Source: Auanema rhodensis
Lineage: Eukaryota > Animalia > Nematoda
Reading direction: 5' to 3'
Length of the DNA: 64,000 nucleotides
Assembly: GCA_964057225.1 (NCBI GenBank)
Contig: OZ059895.1
Coordinates: 8,370,001 to 8,434,000, forward strand
The translations under genes and the position numbers were made by a program. The notes under the pieces were generated by a model, which ran no database searches, was not told where the DNA came from, and was given only the letters and a program-made list of their open reading frames with translations. Position 1 is the first letter of the stretch. Each line of letters begins with the position of its first letter. Below are positions 1 to 13,500 of the stretch, in pieces.

Positions 1-3000
1 ATAATCCTAAAAACTATTACCATTAAAATTAATAAGAATCAAAGAAATTACCACTCGATTTAGCAATACAAATTGCAGTTTCGAGTTTATCTCCTGTAAG
101 CATCCATATCTTAATTCCAGCATTTCTGAGTAATTCCAAAGATGTTGTTACTTGATCCTACAAAAAAAAATTAAAGTCATCAAATGCTTCAAATATCTAC
201 CTGAAGACGATCTTCGACACCAGTAAGACATAAGAGCTGAAGATCCTTTTCCAATAAGCGGTTAACAACACTAGCCATACTTGCTGTACGATCCGAAATC
301 GACATCTATTTTGAAAAAATGTAAATAAATTTGAGAAAAAATTACATACTTTAGCGGTATGATAAGCTCTGTCAAATTGTTCAAGTTCGGCAAGAGATAA
401 GACTTTTTTGGCAACTACCAATGTTCTTAATCCTGAATAAATATAAATTTTGATGATCGTGATCATGATCGAAATATTCGAACCTTCACGAGCCATATTA
501 CTGCATTCCTCTTCCAACCAATCATTATATTGGACCATACCAGCCATAACTGTATCTGCTCCCTTCATCAGAAGAGAAATTTCATCTGTGGTTTCATCCT
601 TAATAATAATACCCATTCGTTTCGTTTCGCTAGTAAATGGGAAAAGATGTAAAATCTAAAAAAATGAGAATCATAAGCAAGTTTAAAATCAAATAATAAC
701 CTGGAATTGTTTTCTTTGTCCATTAGCAAGTTGTACTTGAATCAAGTGTAGGTCTCTACTGGCCAATCGAACGCCAACGGTTTCAGTCCAACGAACGAGA
801 GCAACCTCATCAGGACTAGCAGCTTGGTATGAAACACTTCCACCCTCCATAATAGGAGTTACATTGTGACACAAAGCAATTGCTTCAACAGCAGTCTGCA
901 GTTTAGCAGAAAATGAATGTCTTGAATAGAGCCAAAGTTAATACTCAAATTTAAAATTTAAACTACTTAGCCAATTTCCCAGCATAAGCGCTTGCAACAT
1001 GTTGAGCAACTTCTTCAAAAGCATCAGAACTGAATGCCACTGTTCCAAGATGAATCTAAAAAAATAACTTGTTTCCGAAAGAGCAACAGAACTTACCTTT
1101 TTAAAGTGCATCTCATTTTTGGTTAACGTTCCAGTTTTGTCCGATAATAAAAACGATATTCTTCCTAATTCCTCAGGTATAGTTGAAGACCGTACCACCG
1201 TCTCCGGTATATTCTTATCTCTGCCAATTTGCCAGGAGAAAAACAACTTCAAACAAAAAAATTATAAACAAATAAAAACTGAGAACAAACTTTAGCCATA
1301 TCCAAATTTACACGAAGAGAAATAGGAATAATATAGGAGAATAAGAGAATGAAACGCATCAAGTATCGGTACCAATTTTGATCAATTCCTTTCATAACTA
1401 CCATTACAGAAGCAAGAACCATGACGAACAAGAACAATAATTTAGTTAAGTTATTAACCTTTAAATAACAAAAAATAGAAAAACAACAAAAAATTAATTT
1501 ACCTCTAAGTCCAGGAGGCCAACTTTACTTTCTGGCAAGGTAGTATTCATTACAGATCGAGTTTCACGGCCAGTATATACAACAATTCCAAGAGCAGTTC
1601 CGCTGGCCAAAACAGTATTGGACCATAGCACATTCTCAACATTCAAACTTCCATCTTGGATCTGGTCATCGTCAGAGGTAACTTTAAAAGTTCCAACGAA
1701 GGCATGAATATCCTTTTGTGGCTTTTCCGCATAAATCTCGCAATTGACTTCCATTAATTCCTATAAGCAAAAACAAAAATATTAATAATCTGCAGATTGT
1801 AAGCTTACAGCTTCAGTATTAAGATGTTGTGTATAAGGTACAGCAACTCGAAGTTTCCAATCTGTTTCTCCATCAAGCTGATCAGTACGAATAAAACACG
1901 CGCCCTAAAATAATAGAGCAATATGAAATGTTGATATATCTTCAATAATATTTCTTGTTTATTTAGCAAATTTCTCCTCTTTTTTTTTGCCCAAGCGCTC
2001 ATTGATCTTTTCGATGAGGAAGAAAATAAAAACGGAACAAAATCGTTCCTCAATCATTTTTCATTTTTCATGTTTCAGGTTACGGTTGCATTCGAGGTAA
2101 ATACATTCTTGAAGCCCATTTATATTGTTAAAAAAGAAAAAAATTGTATAAAACTTGCCTGTCTTTCTGTGGTTCGAAGCAAAACAACATCGGCAGGTAC
2201 ACGTCTATCTTTATGAATCACAATCACGTCACCAACTTTGATGTCACTAACATACCCAATTATAAAGGAATTTTGAAGAGAAAACTCACCAGCTTTTAAC
2301 TTCGACTCTTGTGCCATCTCTAGTTAGTTTTTCATATTTTTCTCCGTTGAGCTCCTTATCACGAAGAAATCGAACAAAATCATCAAGTGCTTCACGAATC
2401 AATGTAATAGTTAGAACAAATCCCTAAAATTTTATGTGATACAGAGTGTGAATATAAAATACTCACCAACGGACCCCAATATGTTATAGGAGCACCAATT
2501 TGTATAGCAGGAATAAATTGACTACATGCCATTAATAAGAAATATAGATTTAAGAAAAATTTAAATTGTTGAAAAAGGACCTAGGAAACAGGAAAATATT
2601 TATAATGAAGTAAAGGGTTTACTTACTAAGGGCACAAAACTGAATATACTGTATTTTTGATTGCATACTGTGTTAGGAGGAAAAGCTGTATCTTCTGCAA
2701 CGGGCCCGTAACCTATACGAACTGTTCGGGAATGCAATATTCTTCGACGTCCAAAGAGATTTCTGCAGCATCTAGGTGATAACAGTAAGACTAACTTAAA
2801 TTTTTCAGAACAAAAATGATAAAAATCAGCATAGAACTCACGATGACCCATTTAACCCTAATGTGTGTATGGTTACCGAAGATTTGAGACTTGCTGTTCG
2901 ATTTCGCAAATCTTCCAACCGAACATCACTACCCATTCCGCGACTTCACATTAACCCACAACTACTAAGTTTTGATTAGGACAAGAGGCAAAAGCGAACA

Positions 3001-4342
3001 AGATCAGTCGAAAATTCCACAAATAAAACGAAACGGAATAAGAATGCTAATAAAAAATCGATATTAATGCATATTCTAGGACGCATGATGAGATAAAGAC
3101 TCGCGGATTTTAACAAGAGTTGTGTGGAGAAAACAAATCAATAGAAATTGCATATCGATTTCCTACTCTATTTCAATCTGAACGAAAAGTAGCTGAAGAA
3201 AAGGGAAGTATGTCGCATTTATGCATTCATCTCTCATTGTGGACAGGAGTTTCGCAGAAAAAACCTTGAGAACAGAGTGAGAGAGACAGGTACGGGGCCA
3301 AGTACAGTTACGGATCGATGCGACCCAGCATTGTTATGCGCCATTGGCAGTGCTGAACTCGTCGTACGACGACATCGATGAATGTTATAACTGCGAGAGA
3401 ACAGAGAATATACATGTAAAATAGGTGAATTTCATGAATCAAAAGCAATGGAATTCACTTAGAATAAAAGCGCATTCAATACATAGTGCATTAGCTATTT
3501 GTATACATGGATTATGAATTGAAATTGAATTGATATAGATCTCGTGGGTATATATTTAGCGCTGTCGCACCATAGTTACGGAAACGCACATGAATAAAGA
3601 GGGGTCTATAAGCACTAATGTTTTAATTTGACGAAACAATGCGTATAAAAAATGACGAAAACACATAATATAGCCTAATATAGTTAATTAGAAACTATCG
3701 CATATTAGGAAAGAAAATAATAGAGCTAATAATAGTATTTGACAGCTGTCCGTCACATTCTTATACATTCATAATCATTGCTGTCGTCATCGTTACCACG
3801 GACTGATGACTGAAGAACAAGAAGACAACGACGACCAAGAAGAGTTTAACCCGTCACTGTGTTGTCGTTAGATGGCCACTACCACCACCAACATCAGACA
3901 TACACAGGGAGAGAAAAAGAAGGTGAACCAAAAAGAAAGAGAAACAGACGATGGTTTGATAGCCACGCAAAATAAAAGAGAAAAGGAAAGCAAACACATC
4001 CGCGCATTACACACTTCCCGTTCCCACTCTTCTCTTCCTCTTCGTACCGCACTAGCACCTCGAGTGGATCTTCCCGTTACTCAATTTTCCATACCAATTG
4101 ATATATTTAATCGAACTTACTTGGTCATACTGAAAGTACTTGATGAACGTGATGAAACTGATGGAAGTAAATACACGTCGTCAGATCCATCAACAGCAGC
4201 CTAAAATGAACAATGTCCAAACAGCTCCCGTATTTAATGGTATATAATTGCACCATTCACTAACCTCGGAGTCTGTCATTGGCAAAAGACGACTGGCTTC
4301 GTCTGCCTCTTCTTGGCAACTTGCCAGTCGGCTGTATCGCAT
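1..4342 (-). CDS. tat-5: P4-ATPase phospholipid flippase (ATP9/Neo1 class), multi-exon; 3' end runs off the window
   Basis: Spliced translation contains SDKTGTLT (phosphorylation motif), [40 protein letters not shown] and [12 protein letters not shown]. Most upstream ATG at 4342 ([12 protein letters not shown]...). Confidence 0.93.
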
Positions 4343-4519
4343 ACGCTGAGCCACTTATGTGGCTACAAACTGATAACATAACAAAATAAACAAACTAAAC
4401 GAAAGCAAAGTATATAGTAAGCTGAAGAAAACAGCTAATAACAATAATCAAGACCAAAATTATATATACCTCTCTTCATCAGTTAAATAAAAAACCGCGT
4501 TTAACACAAAATATATAAA

Positions 4520-6447
4520 TTATACAAGAGAAACTAAGCCTACGCCTATGAAGGACCCGACAAATGCTGATAAAACGCATGCCAAGTTGATAATGCTTCC
4601 GGAGACTTCACCACAATCAGCATCCACAGAACTAAAATAGTAGAAACTGAGAAAAATATAAAGAATGTTTAGACGAACCTTGATACTTGATCAACGGCAA
4701 CCGAAAATGTAAGCCCGTGAGATATCCCGAAGAATATAATAATTAGAAGAAATACACCATCATATGGTAATAAAGTTGGTGTATGATACCGGGGTTCTAT
4801 ATTACATATAATGATTAGAGGAATAAATATAATTCGCATAAAACAGAAAATGGTCAACCATTTAGTAGTCTAAAAATATGAAACTTAAAGACGAGAATGA
4901 TCAAAACTTCAAACCAATTTGGTCATGCTGCCTAGGCAACGTCCACATGCATCACCAATATTAAAGGCTAAAAAACAGCAAATAGAAGAGAAGTACCCTA
5001 AATAATTAATGATAAATAAAGAACTTTCAAGAAAAAAACCTATCCAAACCATATTGTGGGAAACGGATTTTACCAAGCTTGCAATAGCTGGAAAAGCCGA
5101 CAGTGATACTATTAGGGTAAGCATGACACATATTAACGGATTTTTACTCTTAAAAATAAAACATTTTATTCAAAAAAAGCAAGAAATTAAACCTGTGAAA
5201 ATGCTCTTTTATAAACTTCTTTTTCTGATGTAGAAGAACCATTAAACTCTTCAGATTCACCGTCCACCTCGTTGTGGAGTAATGAGTCAGTATCGCTTTG
5301 AGAGCTGCAATGTGAAACGATGAGTCACTGATTCCCAGAACAAACGCATACTCAGTCAAATTCAAAGATTTAGCTTTAAAATTAACAAAGTTATAGAAGC
5401 CAATACTTAATATAGTCCATGTTGTAGCTATTAGAAAGTATGCTCGGCCATTCCAAACTAAGTCCGAGGTAGCGAGCTAGAATTAAAGTTTAGAAAAATA
5501 AAATTTTTTAATTATATAAACTATTCTCAGAGGGAAAAATTTAAATATTATGTTTGAGATATTCAATGTACAGAAAATTAGAGAATAGTCCGGAAAAAAC
5601 TATAAATTAAGAATGGTTAGTTACAATTTTCAAAACTTCTTATAAAACTTGATTCAAAAAAAAACAAATATAAACATAATTTTTGTTTAAAACGTCATTC
5701 TCTAAGTTTATGAAATACTGTAAATCAAATTAATTCAACTTACTTGACATATTATACTTAACACAGCTGCAAAAATTCCACCGGCAGATTGACCCATCAA
5801 AACTGCTTTGAGCTGAAACATTACGGTATTTTAAACTGTACTATAGGAAAGTATTACATTTCCAGGAGGGAATGCACTAACAAGCCCCATAATTCCTCCT
5901 CCTATCAATCCCAAAGAGCCGAAACTAGCCAAGGAAGCCAGAACTAGCGATAGATAGAAGAATTCTTCCTGAGCTGAAAAAAATAAGTTGAAACATTAAA
6001 TTTTCATTGTAAAACTCACAATCATCAGTATCAATATAAGTATATATGATAGTTGGAATCAAGGATATGATAACAATGATATGCCCTAGATGAACGCGAA
6101 AGTTGTTAGACAACATAAAAAAAATAAATATATCTTTTAATAAATAAGAACAAACTTTGTAGTTAAAAATAAATTAAATGCGGCTCCAAAAATACAAGCG
6201 ATTCCTCCAAATAGAGTTAAGTATCCTTCAAATTGTCGTTGAAGAATAGTCTCTCCGTGGATAGGTTTGAAGTCTGTTTCATTGTAACTGCTTGTATTGT
6301 GAAGTTTATAATAGAAATACTGAAATACATAGATAAATATCCTCGATATATTTAACTTTTTACCTCATGCGCATTCATAAACAGGTTATATGGCAATAAA
6401 GATGTTGTTGAAACAACGAAAAATGATAAAGTTATAAGCCACTGCAT
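4520..6447 (-). CDS. Equilibrative nucleoside transporter (ENT/SLC29)
   Basis: LLPYNLFMNAHEYFYYKL N-terminus, GQSAGG, FPAI, FNIGDACGR, RIIFIPLIIICN, FGISHG and multiple TM segments. ATG 6447, TAA 4520. Position next to tat-5 suggests an ent-6-like orthologue (recalled, unverified). Confidence 0.85.
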
Positions 6448-7152
6448 GTTAGTAAATTCAGAAATATATTATTATAAATTATAGAGTGTTGATATTCATA
6501 TTTCCTGGAAAAGAGTGAAAAATTAGGCAATGAGCATGAAATTTTTAATTTGGAAAAATTCGGGACAAGTATAGTAAGGACAGTGAAAGATGAAAAAAAC
6601 TAAAAAAAGGATGAATTTAGGAAAATTAACCATAGAGAGTTGCGAAATTACATGAATCGAGAAATCGGTTCAATAATTGAAGTAATTGTCATTTGTTTAT
6701 ACGTTGCTTCATGAAAAATTGATTACACAAAGGAAATAACTATTGATCAGAAAATAGATAATCAACTTAAAAGCATATAAAAGTATTTTAACATAAAATG
6801 TATGAAGTTATCAAAGTAAAAAGTCAAATCAGCATTTCGCAATGGTTTCCCAGAGAAAATTGCAACCACATATTCAAGGCATTGAAGCAAAGTTGAAGAA
6901 GTTTTTAACTTGTATTTCATCGATGACTAAATAACCTATATCCGTTTCTATTGATTTGTAACCTAGTTAACAAAAGCTAAGTTGTTCAAAATTGAAAAAT
7001 AAACAAATAATTTAAACAATAGTCAGTATTAAAAATTGGAATTGAGGAGAAAACCAATGCAATAGGTTCACGGAAAAATAGGCGGGGCTTACCCTACATC
7101 CCAGAGGCGGCAAAAGACAAGGATATTATTTCTGTCATCATATTTCAAGACT

Positions 7153-10100
7153 ATGGCTGCTTCTAAAAACTACGAAACTATATGCCCGTCTGAGTTTGGA
7201 AAAAATGTGGAAAGTTCATCCTATAAAGTTCCTAATCATTTAACTAAAGTTTATAAAGATGAATGCATATATTGCTTTCATACTCCATTCTTCGATGGTA
7301 TGGCAGTTTCTTGTAAAAGTTTACTACAATACTGTTTCAGGCGGGCTCTATGTTTGTCTGAAGACTTTCTACTGTTTCTGCTCTAGACATGTCACCGATT
7401 TTAGTTCTCGTACGGGAAACAAATTATTTGTTCAAATTGAAAGCAAAAAGGTGATGACATTGATTTTTTTTATAATTACTGGAATTTCCTCGTATTATAG
7501 GTTTATGTATCGATGGATACTGATGATACTGGTGAACCAAAAGACAAAATTACTCGTTTAGCAATTAATTTGGATAATGGATTTGATTCACAAAAGTATT
7601 TTTACATTATTAAGTTTTTTTCTTTAATTCGATAATTGAAGATTCGAATTGGAAGATTCCTATCATCTTGTTCTTCTTCCAAGTATCAACTGTCGCACTT
7701 CTGTGAATGAATCTTTAGGAGCTGATTTATACAAGTAAGGTTTCAAAATAAATAAAGTGTTTTTGACTTCTAACTGTTAGGACTGCAAGCTATGTTGTAT
7801 CCGCTATGAGTGCCGAAAGGCTAGAAATGCTAGCCAGCGCTAGCAATGCTTGGGATGGAGAGGTTTTATTCAATAAGTAATGGATAACAATATATACTAT
7901 TTAGGAACGTCAAATAACTAAGCATGCCGATATCACGCAGCACTCCAATGGTAAAAAGGTAAGCTAAAGCCCATTTTATTAATACTGATTAGAAACAGAT
8001 TCCATATTCGGGCTGGAAATGTGAAGCCGAAGGTTGTGATCTTATGGAAAACTTATGGCTCAATCTGGTTGATGGTGCTATTCGTTGTGGAAGATCTCAG
8101 TTTATCTCTGAAGGAACAAAAAGTAAAGGAAACAACCATATGAAGCAATACTATGACTCTACCGGGTATTTTGGATATTCTTAATAGTCTATAGATTGAT
8201 TAATGTTTTGAAGGCTTCCTTTAGTTGTAAAACTTGGAACTATTCTTAAAGATGGGACCGGTGATGTTTACAGGTTTGCGATATATATATATATATATAT
8301 GTGCTTCAATCATGATCTATCTTTTCAGTTACGATGAAGATGATGCGGTAATTGATCCAAATCTTAGCAAGCATCTGGCTCACTTTGGACTTGATGTTGC
8401 TCAGCTGGAAAAAACCGAGAAAAGCACATTAGAAATGGAGCTAGATATGAACCAGAAGCGAGTACTCACTATATAAAATGTTATTAAATGAGGTGTTTAG
8501 ATGGGAATGGGCCAAATGTCAAGAAGATGGTGTTCAGTTAGAAAGTATTTTTGGTAGCGGCTATACGGGTCTTATTAATATTGGTAGCAGTTGTTACATG
8601 AATTCGGTAATGCTTGCCTTACCTTGATTTCAACTTTTTTTTTCCAGGTTCTTCAAGCTCTCTTGATGGTTCCTTCGTTCCAAAGGCGATTTGTGAAAGA
8701 AGCCGCTTCTACACTTTTTTCTATAGAACCATCCAAAGTTTTGAATCCTTACTTTAATTATGTAATTTCATAATTTAGATTACCTCTGACTTCAATGCTC
8801 AATTCACAAAATTGTTCTCCAGTATGATGAGTGGTGATTACGCTATAGTATGTGCCTAAAATATATGCTTAGTCAGTGAAACTATAACTTACAGGAAAAT
8901 TCAACCCACAATGGAATATCTCCAAAAGTTTTCAAACGGATTGTGGCTGGAAACCATTCTGAATTTAGTACTGCACGCCAACAAGATGCTGAGGAATACA
9001 TCAGGTATCCTTTTGATTCATCATGTCGTGTTAGATCCACAATGTTCTAGATTCGTGTTTGATCGTATCTCATCTCATACGTCTGCCGAACAGGAAGATC
9101 CCACTATGTCTTTCAAGTATGCTTCGGACATGATATCTAGGTTTTATGAACATTTTTAGATTTTTGATTGAGACTCGTTTCGAAGATCTCTCTTCCGGAT
9201 GCGTTCGTTATACCGATAAGGATGAGTTCGTTTTTGGTCTTCCAGTTCGAAAGGTAGGGTATTAAAAATTTATATTACAACTTATTTGTGGTTCAGGAAC
9301 ATTTGTCACCTCACAGTGATGCTGAAAATGAAGGCCGTTTCAAAACTCAATTAAGCAGATTAATCGAATCTGAGCTTGCTCCAAGTGTAATTGAGGTAAA
9401 TTATCATTCCTCCTCTTTACTATTTAACAAGTTCAGGGTTTCACTTCACCTGTAACTTTGGAACAAAAAGGAGCTACAAACACTGTGAGGTTCAAATCTT
9501 TCCCGGATTTCCTTCTTTTGGCTGTTCAAAGATTCTACTTTACCGAGAATTATACACCTAAGAAGTACGATGTAGATGTAGAAGTAGAAGACGAACTTGA
9601 TTTGTCTGCTTTCCGAGCCACGGGAAAAAAGGACAGTGAATCCCTACTTCCTGATATAGCAGATGAGCCTGTTAAAGCTGAATTGCCTCCATATAGTAAT
9701 ACCGTTGTAGACCAGGTTTACTTGTATTGCATTTTTTATACCTTCTTTTTTTTTAGCTCAAGCAGATGGGATTTTCTGGAAATGCATCTATTAAAGCAGC
9801 TATTCAAGTTCATCCTTCTGGAAATGCTGAGGTCGCTTTGGAATGGCTCATGACTCAACTCGATGATCCTAACTTAAATGACGAGCCACAAGCTGTTATT
9901 AGGCCAACAACAAATAAAGTTTCAGCACTTGAAAGACCATGCGTTCAAGAACTTATGAACTTTGGTTAGTTTTCTATAATAATTCCTCTTGAGCTCTTAT
10001 GTCTTTAAGGCTTTACGGCTCATCAAGCTTGTTATGCTTTCGAGAAGTTCCCGGACCCTAACGCTGCTGCTGAATGGCTTTTCGAACATGCCGACGAGGT

Positions 10101-10427
10101 AAGGGCCTTTCGTATTGATTCCAATTTCTGAGTTTTTAAGGTCCCCCCGCCTCAAGATGATGTTCCCATGGAGCCTGCTAAACCAAGAGATATAATTGAT
10201 GGAGAAGGAAAATATAGGCTCATTGGATTAATCAGTCATATGGGAAATAGTCCTCAATCCGGTCATTATGTTGTGCACTTATTAAAGGACGGAAAATGGG
10301 TAACAGCATAATTAAAAATAATATTTGTGAAACTAAATTTTAGATTCTTATCAACGATGAAAAGGTTGCGGTATCTCAAAATCCTCCAAAACAACTGGCT
10401 TATCTCTACCTCTACCAAAGAATTTGA
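7153..10427 (+). CDS. usp-5: Ubiquitin carboxyl-terminal hydrolase 5/13 (isopeptidase T)
   Basis: VYKDECIYCF, zf-UBP (ENLWLNL...CGR), Cys box GLINIGSSCYMNS, QQDAEEY, two UBA-like segments, His box ISHMGNSPQSGHYV, C-terminal YLYLYQRI*. Confidence 0.95.
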
Positions 10428-10558
10428 AATGTTTTTAAAAATACAATTTGTTTTTTTAACTATTTATTAAACTGTTAGTAACAGTCATTATATAAATTAT
10501 GCAAATTGAGATAGCAAACAATAACAAAATTACAAAATAGATACAGCTCATCTCGAGT

Positions 10559-13500
10559 TTAATTGACTTCCATTTTTACGATTACATCTTCGCCTCCCTT
10601 TTTATCCTTTTTTATTTCTGTAAAAAAAATGCAATCAATGAATAAATACGGCTACTTACCTTCTTCCTTTTTATCATTATCTAGGGGACGCTTCCGGTCC
10701 ATAAGAGGTGGGCGAACATCTGGCAAACGTTCAATTCCCAAAACTTTGTATATTTGATTAAATGCCACAAAACGAAGAGCTTGTTGGGCATATGCGGTAA
10801 TAGAATCCCGTTCAGTTAATGACAGATTACTCAGAGCATCAACTTTCTCCTTTTCACATGGATCTAGAAGTCCCGGGCCACCTAATGAAGTTCACTTCAG
10901 CTTATTAGGATTTTGTAAAACTTACAAGGCAGTAATATACCACTGGCGATAGCTTCGAAAACACGACGAAGAGCATCTCCGTTAGATAAAGGAACTAGAG
11001 CACAAGATAGGATATTTTCAACAAGCAATTCGCATATCTATAGAAACTATAAAACTTGAAACTCAAAGAAAACCAAACCCAATCAGTTAAACCACTTAAT
11101 TCGCTATTTCGCATTCTTATATCTCGAAGAATTCTGATGCTGGAGGCACAAGAATGTAGTGAAGCGCACCGAGCCTAAAACATAGATTTAGAAATATAAG
11201 CAATAAACAAAAATGAACAGCAAGACAAATATATAGGCAGTTTTCTACAAACCTGGAACCAATTGGTACGTCTTAGATTGGCCAACGCCTGTAGGCAGAT
11301 ATCCTTGTTGAGGGAGTCGGGAGACCATTCGGCTAAGACTGAACAGACTTGTTGGAAAGATGGTCATAATATTACAATTAAATTTATATAAATTTCTTTG
11401 CATAACTGAATTAATAATCAAATTTCAGAAACATATCTCGCATGACCATCTTTCACTCTCGACTCCCCGTATAAGAACGTTGCTCAAAATCTTGTTGAAT
11501 AACATTCCGTGAACACTTCCAAAGAAAAAGTGGGCAAGAAAAAATATATAAATGTATATCTAAATTGGACTGTATACATCAGTTTGATAGAAAAAAAAAC
11601 GCTCCGAAACTATATTGCTCTAAGAAACTAGACCAACCCCACCTCTACCCGAACTACATTTTAAATATATTAAGAAAACGCAATAAAAAGGGATATCGCA
11701 AAAATAACTAACCTCCTTCTCTAAATGCTCTAGAAGTTAGTACAACCCGACATTTGACATTCAAATTAGTTTTAGTTACAATAAATGAAGATTTCTCAAT
11801 ATCTTCTTCAACAGAGAAGCATCCTTCTTCGCTCTGAAAAAATACGCCAACTAGATAAACAATTTTGTTAAAAAACATACTTCATAATGTTTATGAACTA
11901 ATTGAGTTACTTCCGTTAGAAGATTTTGTGTTGGAATTGTAGAACAAAGTACGGCTAACTCAACTTCTTCGTCGCATTTTAGTAATAGATCTTTGGAAAT
12001 AAGGCCCATTCTCATAAAGCCCATTAAGAGTTTATCCTTTTCCTACAAAAAACATTCTTTAACATCTGAGAATTAAAACTACCTTTTCTCCTTCTTTAAC
12101 AGTTGAGGTTTCATCACCATCACTGCGTGCATTGATAAAGTCAGAAACTGTTTTCAAAGATTTCTCTACGCTAACTACGAGATCTTCTATTTCTTTTCTT
12201 AGATCATCTGTGGGACAAATATCTTGTTCCTTAGCCTGGACATGACGATCATCAGGACTTTCAAAGCGGCGGTCAAATGGCCCGCCGTTAAACCAAGGTC
12301 CGCGAGGTCCAGCCCCATACCAAGAACCTCTGCTAAATACAGCGTTGCGCACTCAAATAGGAAAATGGCAGCCTACCCGAATTGAGCTGCCCTCCCAACG
12401 GGTGTGTTGTTAAATCTATTTCCTCTTCCTCTGTTGGGTTGTGCCTTAACCTCAACCTCAATGTTTGGATCAACCTAAATAGAATTTTAAGAGGATTATC
12501 AACTTAAAACCAAACCTTAATCTTATATTGAAGACGATGTCTCCGTCCTTTAAGATGAATTTCCTTAGCATTGGGATCACTAAATCTACAATCACATAAG
12601 CTACATAGATATTGAACCAATTTTCCTAAAATACAGAAATAAAGCTATGGATGAAATATGTATTTTTTTACCAGTACTATCGCGTTGAGCTTCAATAAAC
12701 TCTTCTCCAACTGGGCGGACATTCTGTTCGGCAGCAATAAGAGCCTGTAAAATGCTGCAATAAGAAAACCACAATATTAAAAATGAAATTAAAGTTATCT
12801 TCAATTTCAAAGAAAATCCATTGTCGTCTTGTGCGTATGCACAAAAAATTTTTATTCAGACTGACCTGCAACTCTTCCGGCTGAGCTTTTACTGCGGACA
12901 CTATAGCTTCTTTGTTAGTCGGTGCAGCCCCCTACAACATAAATCTATAGCATGGAAAGAAAAATGCAAATTATACCTTTTTATTCTCTGTAGTAGTAGT
13001 AGTAGTAGTAGTAGAGCCAGTAGCCGTTGTGTTTGGTGGAGGTGGAATGGTTCCTCCCATTTCCGAAGGAGCTATGATTGTAAGTTCCTGTGTAGGAATT
13101 GGTTTTCCTAATTTCTAAACCAATTGAAGTAATAAAATAAAAGAAAAGTTCACATACTTTGCAAAGTGCTAGAGTTTTTTGATGCTTTGTTCCTCTCACA
13201 TGCGCATTATAAGTATCTTGTCCAGTACAAGTCACATTGCATAAATCACATCGGAAGGAAACTTTACTTTTGGGTAGACTTTGACTGTTTTCCCCCTTAG
13301 CCAAAGCTTCTTTCTTTTTGTGACGTTGACCATCCAAATGTTCTTTATACGTCAATTGTCCAGCACACGAAATTTTGCATATCTTCAAGAAAGGCTAATC
13401 TTATCGATAACGTTGTAAAATCTTACTTCGCAGTAATATTGCTGAGTTTCTCTTCCTTGAGATCCGTTGCCAAAACGCTTTTGTGGAAAGCCAGGTCCTG

